NCBI RefSeq assembly: GCF_001194135.2
Contig: NC_068982.1
Location: forward strand, 127,045,045-127,078,945
Reading direction: 5' to 3'
DNA length: 33,901 nucleotides
From: Octopus bimaculoides
Taxonomy: Eukaryota
Shown: positions 24,901 to 33,901 of the stretch, piece by piece
How the letters are laid out: every line of letters begins with the position of its first letter
Numbering within the stretch: position 1 is the first letter of the stretch
The notes under the pieces: generated by a model
What the model saw: the letters and a program-made list of their open reading frames with translations, nothing else
Database searches by the model: none
What the model was told of the DNA's origin: nothing
Position numbers and translations under genes: made by a program

Positions 24901-25136
24901 ACAATAGCAACAACAACGACAATAACGACTAGCTCCATAAATTTTGCAAGGCTTGAAGTATTTGGTTAGCCAAAACTACAACATCAGTTGTGCCACTAAT
25001 AAACGCTCTTAGAAATGTTATGAAAATCATACGCCCTCTATTCCGCCTCGAAAAATATAGAAGCTTTGAGCCTAGTCGAAAGAAACCCATCAATGAAGGT
25101 TTATAAACCTTAAAGATTCACTCGGCCACTGCCTAC

Positions 25137-25357
25137 GGGCGTAGTGTTGTGGAGAAAGGCGTTAGTTAATGCAATGCAGTTACCCAGAGGTCCTGAGTTC
25201 AATGTGAGGCAAGACACTTAGGTGAATTACAAGACACCTAAAGAAGGCTGGAGCATACAGCAGCCAAAACGTAGTGAAACAATAATCAAGATGACATCAG
25301 TTCGACAAATGTGAAAAAAAAAAGAACAATAAAGATGAAGACACCAGTCCAACAAAT
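25137..25357 (+). mobile_element. Degenerate tRNA-headed element with a Penelope-like 3' part and a minimal hammerhead-like motif
   Basis: tRNA T-arm-like GAGGTCCTGAGTTCAAT at 25187-25203. Hammerhead-like CAC-CTAAAGA-A-GGCTG-loop-CAGCC-AAAAC-GTA-GTG at 25235-25276. The 3' segment is tandemly duplicated (25277-25310 and 25325-25357). Confidence 0.45.
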
Positions 25358-26063
25358 TAAAAAAGTGTACCTAATATAGATAGTTTAGAGATATAAAAAA
25401 GAGAACACGTTGCTAATCTATGCTAGCGTCTCATCCTATCGAGGAAGATGTTGATTTTGTTGGTGAAGATTCTCTCCTTAATTACATATTGTTTTTGTGT
25501 AACTCTGTATCAGCCTTCATCGTATTTTTCCCCCACCAGATATTGTATCTATATAACAATATTATTCATTGTATCTTCCGTGCATGTTAAGACAGGAGCG
25601 TGTGAATTAAGACATGTTAAACAATCGCCGGTTTGTCTTTAAAGAAAGAATGACCAAACGTTAAAATACATTGTACTTTCTCAAATCTCACACATAGATA
25701 CTGTATGTTTGTTGGTGATTTCCATCTGTAGATTATTTCTTTACCTTTCATTGTAAAGGTGGATGAATTATGATTTCGACTGAATAAATGCTAGACTGAT
25801 AATCAGATTTTTTTTTCCCACGAAATTGTTCGAAATAATTTCTAGGAAATCAAGTAATTTTTAATAATCCTGGATTACCCATTATTTCTACGTATCTTAA
25901 AATTTACAGACGTTAGAATAGTAACCACATTAACAAATATCAGTACTCTCTCGATCAACTAGAAGACCAGACGTCCACATTAAATGGATGAAGTGAACTG
26001 CCAATACGTCACCGAGAGACTATGAAAGTATGGACGTTAAAATTGAAATGCAATAAATAAATA

Positions 26064-26393
26064 AATGAACTGGATGCGGCACTCCGTCGGTTGCGACGAC
26101 GAGTGTTCCAGTTGATTCAATCAACAAAACAGCCTGCTCGTGAAAGTAAGGTGCAAGTGGCTGAGCACTCCACGGACACGCGTACCTTTAACGCAGCTCT
26201 CAGGGAGATTCGGTGTGACTCAGAATGTGACAAAGTTGACACTTTGAAATATAGGTACATCTTACTTTTGCCAGCTGAGTGGACTGGAGCAACGTGAGAA
26301 TAAAGTGTCTTGCTCAAGATACAACGTGCAGCCAGGAATCGAACTCACGGCCTTACGATCGTGAGAGGAATATACTAACCACCAACCCACGCA
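26064..26393 (-). mobile_element. Family C SINE, full length
   Basis: Collinear with 908-1196 and 29560-29872; head motifs GGAATCGAACTCACG and CTAACCAC are seen on the plus strand. Confidence 0.9.
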
Positions 26394-26542
26394 TTTAGTG
26401 TAAATTAACAAACAAGCAAATAAATAAAAAGAATGGAAATTTATTTAGACTTGTTGGTTGCCAAAAACAAAATAAAAATGTTTAGAAATTGAGTGAATTT
26501 TCTTTATGGAGTACAAGATGAGAGGAGCAAAGACAATGATAT

Positions 26543-26596
<54 letters not shown>

Positions 26597-28005
26597 NNNN
26601 NNNNNNNNNNNNNNNNNNNNNNNNNNNNNNNNNNNNNNNNNNNNNNNNNNNNNNNNNNNNNNNNNNNNNNNNNNNNNNNNNNNNNNNNNNNNNNNNNNNN
26701 NNNNNNNNNNNNNNNNNNNNNNNNNNNNNNNNNNNNNNNNNNNNNNNNNNNNNNNNNNNNNNNNNNNNNNNNNNNNNNNNNNNNNNNNNNNNNNNNNNNN
26801 NNNNNNNNNNNNNNNNNNNNNNNNNNNNNNNNNNNNNNNNNNNNNNNNNNNNNNNNNNNNNNNNNNNNNNNNNNNNNNNNNNNNNNNNNNNNNNNNNNNN
26901 NNNNNNNNNNNNNNNNNNNNNNNNNNNNNNNNNNNNNNNNNNNNNNNNNNNNNNNNNNNNNNNNNNNNNNNNNNNNNNNNNNNNNNNNNNNNNNNNNNNN
27001 NNNNNNNNNNNNNNNNNNNNNNNNNNNNNNNNNNNNNNNNNNNNNNNNNNNNNNNNNNNNNNNNNNNNNNNNNNNNNNNNNNNNNNNNNNNNNNNNNNNN
27101 NNNNNNNNNNNNNNNNNNNNNNNNNNNNNNNNNNNNNNNNNNNNNNNNNNNNNNNNNNNNNNNNNNNNNNNNNNNNNNNNNNNNNNNNNNNNNNNNNNNN
27201 NNNNNNNNNNNNNNNNNNNNNNNNNNNNNNNNNNNNNNNNNNNNNNNNNNNNNNNNNNNNNNNNNNNNNNNNNNNNNNNNNNNNNNNNNNNNNNNNNNNN
27301 NNNNNNNNNNNNNNNNNNNNNNNNNNNNNNNNNNNNNNNNNNNNNNNNNNNNNNNNNNNNNNNNNNNNNNNNNNNNNNNNNNNNNNNNNNNNNNNNNNNN
27401 NNNNNNNNNNNNNNNNNNNNNNNNNNNNNNNCAATAACATTAACGTAGTCGAATAGTCATCGTTTTCTTGTAGGGTCCGGAAGTATCCACTATAATCTGG
27501 TGTTCAACACGATTGCAATGACCAGCAAAGCCTGTCCTGCGTTGAGCAACGGGTGAAAATACCGAAAAATGAGATTCTGCTGAGATTCTGTTCATTACCA
27601 CGTAGAGATTTACGAACGTGCACAAACACACACGCATACGCACATACACACATGCGCGTCCGCATATGCATACATACACTAAGCCTTTTTTTTTTTTCTC
27701 CTAATTCATATAATGAATCTATTCACTGGTTCATAGTCGAAAACTAGGCTGATTTAACAAGGGACATCATGTCGCACGTCAATTTAGACAAACTACAACA
27801 GTTAAAGGTTTCGTGGTCGAGGGAGGAGGAGGTAGGTAGAAATGAAGAAAATACTTGCTGTTCAAGAAATAATATAAGAATCAGCAACATTAAGGAGAAT
27901 AGCAATAACAACAATAACACTTTGTGACAGACACTGCGTATTTACAGAGCACATAGAGAGAGAAAGTGAGAGAGGAAAAGAGGGAAGGAAATAGGGCAGT
28001 GTGAG

Positions 28006-28111
<106 letters not shown>

Positions 28112-28481
28112 TGTGTGTGAGAGAGAGTAAGCCATTCATATAATTCAGGTTTAGCCATTCATATCGATGAAGGTGACTCATTCATATAGGCATTCGCGTA
28201 GACAAAAATAAGTCATTCACGTAGACACGAATAAGTCGTTTATAGTGATGGCTGTTAATTATTCATATAAGTGAGAAACTAAGAGTGGACTGTTCACGTA
28301 GATATGATATTCTATATATTCTAATCTTTCTCCCAGGCTTCAAGTAGTTGAAATGAGTCTAACGGCTAATTAAATCAGAGAAACTATTAAAGATTCTATC
28401 TTTGTACATAAAAACTAGAACTCATTTTTCTACACTTCGTAAGATTCAACCTTAAAGACGGTGAAGCTATTGTTGTTGTTG

Positions 28482-28796
28482 CGGGAAAGGCGCTCGGAAT
28501 GCCGAGTCCGACGCCAACGCTACAGCCCCGTACCGGTCCGCCGCTTCGCGTGAAGACGTGTTCCGGCGTCCGGCGGCGCCACGTCGAGCGTACGGCGACG
28601 CGACACACACGGCTCGACCGACCCGTCCTTGGAGCCAATCCTTCTTCCGAAGGTACGGATCCATTTTGCCGACTTCCCTTACCTACACTGGCGCTATCAA
28701 CGAGAGGCTGTACACCTTGGAGACCTGCTGCGGATGGTGGATACGGACCGACTCGAGAGCTGCAAATCGTTACGGACCCGGATTTTCCAGGGTCGC
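28482..28796 (-). pseudogene. 28S (LSU) rRNA fragment: conserved core between D7 and D8 plus the start of D8
   Basis: Minus strand CCGCAGCAGGTCTCCAAGGTG(T)ACAGCCTCT...TGTAGGTAAGGGAAGTCGGCAAAATGGATCCGTA(C)CTTCGG...AAGGATTGGCTC(C)AAGG matches universally conserved eukaryotic LSU rRNA. It is an isolated GC/CpG-rich island with no other rDNA nearby. Confidence 0.95.
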
Positions 28797-28809
28797 CTGT
28801 GTATTTACA

Positions 28810-28867
28810 GGTCAGTGTTTATTGGATAGACTTGTGGTGGTCAGTGTTTATTGGATAGACTTGTGGT
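28810..28867. repeat. Perfect 29-bp tandem duplication
   Basis: ggtcagtgtttattggatagacttgtggt occurs at 28810-28838 and 28839-28867. Confidence 0.95.
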
Positions 28868-29194
28868 GACCTTGGATCAATGAAGTCCTTGGATCTTGTA
28901 TATCCAAGGACTTGTCCAATTTCCTTTTTGTAAGACGAGAGTGTATGATTTCTTGTAGGTTTTACTGTTGCTTCTTGCAAGTGGAGTGAACACAGATCTC
29001 TCACTGACTTGTGGGACATTGTAGCTTTGAAAAGCAAACACATAATCCCAATTATTAGAGAGAGAAAGAGATGAACAGCGTCATTTAGCATTAAATGTAT
29101 TGGCAATGACACAACGAAGCAGCATTGATCATATACAACGTAGAGATAATTTGTAACTCGTAAGACGGTACAAGACAGTGGCTTGGCGTAGAGT

Positions 29195-29400
29195 GTCGGA
29201 TTGTCAGAATCATCAGAGCATCGGTCAACAACTTCCATTCTGTATATGTTTCAGCAGTTTGCGTTCTGAGTTCAAATCCCACTCAGATTAACTTTACCTT
29301 TCATCTTTTGGCCGATAAAATAAAGTATCATTCAAGTACTCGAAGCAGTTTAATCAACTGTTTTCTCTTCTCAAATTTCTAGCCTTGTGTCTATAAAAAA
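29195..29400 (+). mobile_element. Degraded family A SINE
   Basis: gttctgagttcaaatccc...taactttacctttcatc...ccgataaaataaagta...aaatttctagccttgtg. Confidence 0.65.
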
Positions 29401-29559
29401 AAATTATACAGTCGGTCATATGATATTTCACATTTAAGTACTAAATAACCACTAAAATCATGTAGAACCAATCTTTATGGACGTTATGATGAAAACCAGT
29501 ACAAATACTGTCACACCAAGCATTCCAAATGCAACATATATATACACTTTGCCTCTTAT

Positions 29560-29872
29560 TCATAAACTGGCACTCGATCGGTTACGACGACGAGTGTTCC
29601 AGTTGATTCGATCAATAGATCAGTCTGCTTATGAAATTAACATGCAAGTGGCTGAGTACTCCACAAACATGTGTACCATTAACGTAGTTCTCAGGGAGAT
29701 TTGGCGTAACACAGAATGTGACAAGGCTAGCCCATTTTTGCCATGTGAGTGGACTGGAACAATGTGAAAATAAAGTGTCTTAATCAAAGCTACAACTCGC
29801 CGCCAGGAATCGAACTCACGACCTTTTGATTGTGAGCTGAATAAATTAACCACTAAGCCACAAGCATTCACC
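29560..29872 (-). mobile_element. Family C SINE
   Basis: Collinear with 26064-26393. Confidence 0.85.
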
Positions 29873-30149
29873 TTTTATATATACAAACAATAAATAAAGT
29901 TGAAAATACATCTGTCTTCTCTTTGGTTCTCTCACATTTAACTTCATATCATATTCATCAAAATCTCAAAACAGCTGAACTGTTTTATAAAATATAATAC
30001 CTTCTAGATAGCAAACTACTACGGGCGAAAAGAGTGGAACAACAATGGCAAAGTGTTCTGGGATGAAAGTTTTCTTCTTCATTTTATCCTCTCGCCAACT
30101 GGCTCATGAGATCGAAATTTATCCGGATTTTCAAAGCGTCTTGGCGGAA

Positions 30150-30310
30150 TGTGCAAGACTTCATCTTGAACTGGACACCAATCCATCGCAGGGTAATCCC
30201 ACAGGCACTACTGGTACACATTGTTAGCTAAGTGTAATGGGTAACGTGAAATGAAGTGTTCAAGGATACAATACGCCTCCGTGATCGAATCAACACCCTT
30301 ACGTTTAGGA
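30150..30310 (-). mobile_element. Degraded tRNA-headed SINE
   Basis: aacgtgaaatgaagtgttcaaggatacaa...gatcgaatc resembles the family C head region. Confidence 0.4.
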
Positions 30311-30875
30311 AAGGTCTTTTCACTTTCTGGTTAAATGCCTTGTGGTACGTAGTTGCACCTTTTTACATTCTGAATTAAAATACCCCTTGGATGATTTTTA
30401 CTTCACCTTTATCCAGTGCCAATAAAGTGAGTATCAGTAATGATTAAAGTTTCCGAATAGGTGTCCAGATGTCCCATGCCTTATCCCGAAAGAAAAAGAG
30501 CATTTTTATTCTAAGTATTCCTTTGTTTCATGCAACAGAAATTACGTTTCTGGAATTTTCTTTTCCATACTACCGAAACTCGGAAAGTATGCTGAGCCGA
30601 TTCAATTGCTTTTAAACTTTATAAATCTATGGTTTTGAGGTAAGATTGAAACTTAAAACAGTTGAGAGCTTTCGAGCTTCTGGAGGCAATGGAATCTTAT
30701 ATACCTCATTATTTGTTGTCTCATTGTGCAGTCTGGTTCTTATATCCCTGTTCTTACATCAATAAAAGAAATAGCTACATAGACAGGATCTACTGTACCA
30801 CTACGTTACAAAATAAAGCTTATTGTATGTCTAATCAAAAGAAAGCAAATATGTACGCAACATTAAATCAGTTAC

Positions 30876-31015
30876 TGGACAAATGCCTAGCAGCATTTCA
30901 TCTCTCCTTACGTTCTGAGTTCAAATTCTACCGAGGTCGACTTTGACTTTTATCATTTCGGGATCAATTAAACAAGTAGCAGTTGAGTCGATGTAATTAA
31001 TTAATACCCTTCTTT
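30876..31015 (+). mobile_element. Family A SINE fragment
   Basis: aaatgcctagcagcatttc...gttctgagttcaaattctaccgaggtcgacttt. Confidence 0.75.
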
Positions 31016-31404
31016 AAAAATTTCACTACATATGATCAATCAACTGATCGAAGTACCATACATATTTTCATTTGAAAATAGAAAGCGGTTTCATTGTGTA
31101 ACAAATTTACATATAAAAATGTAATTTGTCCTTGAAAACAGAAAATACCAAACGTAACAAATATTAAATATATTCTCATGATTTAGCACAAAATTTTAAT
31201 AGCTCTAAGGAAACTGTCTTTTGAAAAGATCTTTATGAATAGTAGGTTCATTTGAAATATTGCTGATATTCCCAGTGAATGCTCAACTAACTGGTTTTAT
31301 GTGTTATGTTCAGCAATATGCATCGAGAGCTTTTGTATTTAGGTAAATACTACGATAAATTTTCAAAATTTTGTTTTCATATTTCATAACTTTAACAACC
31401 AGTA

Positions 31405-31610
31405 AAAGGGCGGTGGATTAGCAGAATTGTTAGAATCTGGGAATAAATATTTTGCGGCATTTCTTCTGGCACTTCACATTTTACGTTCAATTCCCGTTGG
31501 GATTAACTTTGCTTTGCATCTTTCCGAAGTCGATAAAATAAGATGTCAGTCAAGTATTGTAGTCTTAAGGTCTTACTACAAATTTCTAGTCCTGGTGCTT
31601 ACATCAGAAA
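31405..31610 (+). mobile_element. Degraded family A SINE
   Basis: aagggcggtggattagcagaattgttag...gttcaattccc...gtcgataaaataag. Confidence 0.6.
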
Positions 31611-31656
31611 TTATTAAAAGCCAGTAGAAATTGCTAACACAAATGGTTATTAATAT

Positions 31657-31855
31657 TGGTTTCACATTTTGTTACAAGGAGGGATAAGCCGATTACATCG
31701 ACCGAAGTATTTAACTGATAGTTATTTTATCAACCCAGAAAGAATGAAAAACAAAGTCGACCTGGGCGGAATTTAAACGCAGAACGTAAGGACAGATGAA
31801 GTGCCGCAAAGCATTTTTCCAGGCGTGCTAACGTTTGAGCCAGCTCATCACCTTA
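31657..31855 (-). mobile_element. Family A SINE, tail-to-tail with the preceding copy
   Basis: gattacatcgacc...aaagtcgacctgggcggaattt...cgtgctaacg...gccagctc aligns to 88-288. Confidence 0.8.
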
Positions 31856-32004
31856 CATAGTATAGGGTTATTAATACTGAGGATCTTGGAACGCACCAGA
31901 GTTACTATACGCTATCAAGTTTGATCTATATTTCTTTTATGTTTGTATTATATAAACACATTACATCACAATAATGATCGAATTCTTTATTCTTTCATTT
32001 TATT

Positions 32005-32225
32005 TATTCTTTTGTTCTTGTACTTGTCTCAGTCATTTGACTGCGGCTATGCTGGAGCACCGCCTTTAGTCGAACAAATCGACCCCAGGACTTATTCTTT
32101 GTAAGCCTAGTATTTGTTATATCGGTCTATTTTGCTGAACCGCTAAGTTACGGGTACGTAAACATAGCAACATCAGTTGTCAAGCGACGGTGGGGTAACA
32201 AACACAGACACACAAATACATACAT
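32005..32225 (-). mobile_element. Family B SINE, 3' half
   Basis: cagtcatttgactgcggctatgctggagcaccgcctttagtcg... is nearly identical to 18750-18905. Confidence 0.85.
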
Positions 32226-33623
32226 ACATTACTACGTATCTCTTTTTCCCCCTCGTACTTCCTCTCTTTCTCTTTTCCTCTCGTTGCTCACCTATTCTTC
32301 TACTTCCTCCCTTTGTTTCTCCCTCTACCACTCTCTCTCTTCCCCTTACACCGGCATGGTCACATGCTTCCGGTCAATAATCCTTTTCTTCCTTGGCTAT
32401 CGCCGAGCAAACACGCGAACTACTTCGTACCTACTTTCAAGTTCGTACCTCACAGCGTTCATACACACATAATTTTTCTCGTCTGGCCGTAAAGCCTTTT
32501 CTGTTTGTTTTCCTGTCTTGTNNNNNNNNNNNNNNNNNNNNNNNNNNNNNNNNNNNNNNNNNNNNNNNNNNNNNNNNNNNNNNNNNNNNNNNNNNNNNNN
32601 NNNNNNNNNNNNNNNNNNNNNNNNNNNNNNNNNNNNNNNNNNNNNNNNNNNNNNNNNNNNNNNNNNNNNNNNNNNNNNNNNNNNNNNNNNNNNNNNNNNN
32701 NNNNNNNNNNNNNNNNNNNNNNNNNNNNNNNNNNNNNNNNNNNNNNNNNNNNNNNNNNNNNNNNNNNNNNNNNNNNNNNNNNNNNNNNNNNNNNNNNNNN
32801 NNNNNNNNNNNNNNNNNNNNNNNNNNNNNNNNNNNNNNNNNNNNNNNNNNNNNNNNNNNNNNNNNNNNNNNNNNNNNNNNNNNNNNNNNNNNNNNNNNNN
32901 NNNNNNNNNNNNNNNNNNNNNNNNNNNNNNNNNNNNNNNNNNNNNNNNNNNNNNNNNNNNNNNNNNNNNNNNNNNNNNNNNNNNNNNNNNNNNNNNNNNN
33001 NNNNNNNNNNNNNNNNNNNNNNNNNNNNNNNNNNNNNNNNNNNNNNNNNNNNNNNNNNNNNNNNNNNNGCAGCAAATGTATATGAAAACAAAGATGGAAA
33101 AAAGCGGAGAAATGTTACACAAATACAAATAACAGGACATAACAACAGGTGTCTTTCCACTAAGGACGAATTAAATTAAGCTGGCGTGTGTGGCAGCAAA
33201 GCCTTACGGCAGGGACATAAGATTTGACAGACACCGGGAGGAATATAGATGTTGCACGGATGGTAGTCGAACCAAGAAAGAAAGGTCAGGCTTGGCCGAA
33301 CACCAGTCACGAGGGGAGAGAAGAGACAGAAGTAGAAGCAGATAGATAGAAGAATTAAGGAGGGGCGAGAAAAAATTAAAGGGACAGAGTGAAGTGAAAG
33401 AGGAGAAAAAGTGAGCATGAATAGAAAGCCATGAAATGTGAGAGAGGAGGTAACGAAAGAACGAAGAGTGGAATGAACGAAGTAAGTGTGAAGGAGATGA
33501 AAGAAAGAAGGAAAGAATGAAAAAATAGAAAGAATAATAGAGTCGTATAAAATTTAGATATATATATACTTACATATAAGAGACCAAAGTGTACGTACGC
33601 CGCTATATTTTTATATATAAAAA

Positions 33624-33717
33624 ATACAAAAATGGGACAAGTACGCAAAACATCCAGACAGATGATACAAAAAAGGGACAACAAAACATCCAGATAGACG
33701 ATACAAGGAAACAAGGA
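33624..33717. repeat. 36-bp minisatellite, about 2.5 copies
   Basis: caaaacatccaga(c/t)aga(t/c)gatacaa occurs at 33646 and 33682; a partial unit starts at 33624. Confidence 0.7.
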
Positions 33718-33797
33718 CGAGTCATTCGGAGTTTTCTTTCCTCAGTCGAGTTCCAGATTATCTTTGCAACGTCGGTTGATTATACTCGAGATTGCTC

Positions 33798-33901
33798 CGA
33801 CGGGCTTCTTTCTGTTTCCGTCGACCGAATCCACTCATAAGGCTCTGGACGGTCCGAGGCTATAGTAGAAGACACTTGCCCAGTTGGACTGAACCCGGAA
33901 C
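33798..33901 (-). mobile_element. Family B SINE, 5' half (runs off the window)
   Basis: cgacgggcttctttctgtttccgtc...gaggctatagtagaagacacttgccc...ggactgaacccggaac. Confidence 0.85.

Noticed and set aside
28482-28796. Idea that the fragment starts at the protostome 28S hidden break
   Set aside because: The hidden break lies in D7a near CGAAAGGG, well upstream of this fragment's 5' end, and that motif is absent here.
28396-28869. Several overlapping GC-rich ORFs
   Set aside because: They are shadow ORFs of the GC-rich 28S rRNA fragment.
33200-33330. Plus-strand frame YRCCTDGSRTKKERSGLA resembling an RNase H first motif (YTDGS)
   Set aside because: Only one degenerate motif, with no further RNase H or RT motifs; the upstream sequence is an N gap.

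Overview
This is AT-rich, microsatellite- and SINE-dense animal genomic DNA with eight N gaps (about 3 kb in total). The repeat families and the GC-rich, divergent 28S fragment resemble an octopod cephalopod draft assembly; that is an inference from pattern recall, not a database result. No intact gene is present, and nearly all ORFs in the supplied track are microsatellite or N artefacts. Supported content: (i) about 25 copies or fragments of at least four tRNA-headed or simple-repeat-tailed SINE-like families, given my own labels A, B, C and E; (ii) decayed non-LTR retrotransposons: two CR1/L2/Jockey-group RT remnants and the restriction-like endonuclease 3' end of an R4/Dong-like element; (iii) two non-autonomous DNA transposons, one a 408-bp foldback element with a perfect 8-bp target-site duplication (TSD); (iv) a ~315-bp 28S rRNA fragment ending in a (CAA)4 tail; (v) one plausible 180-bp coding exon on the minus strand. 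The best leads are a tRNA-headed element carrying a degenerate minimal hammerhead ribozyme (25.1-25.4 kb), a SINE flanked by a ~100-bp direct repeat, and the tailed 28S fragment. I cannot demonstrate a new biological system from this window alone.
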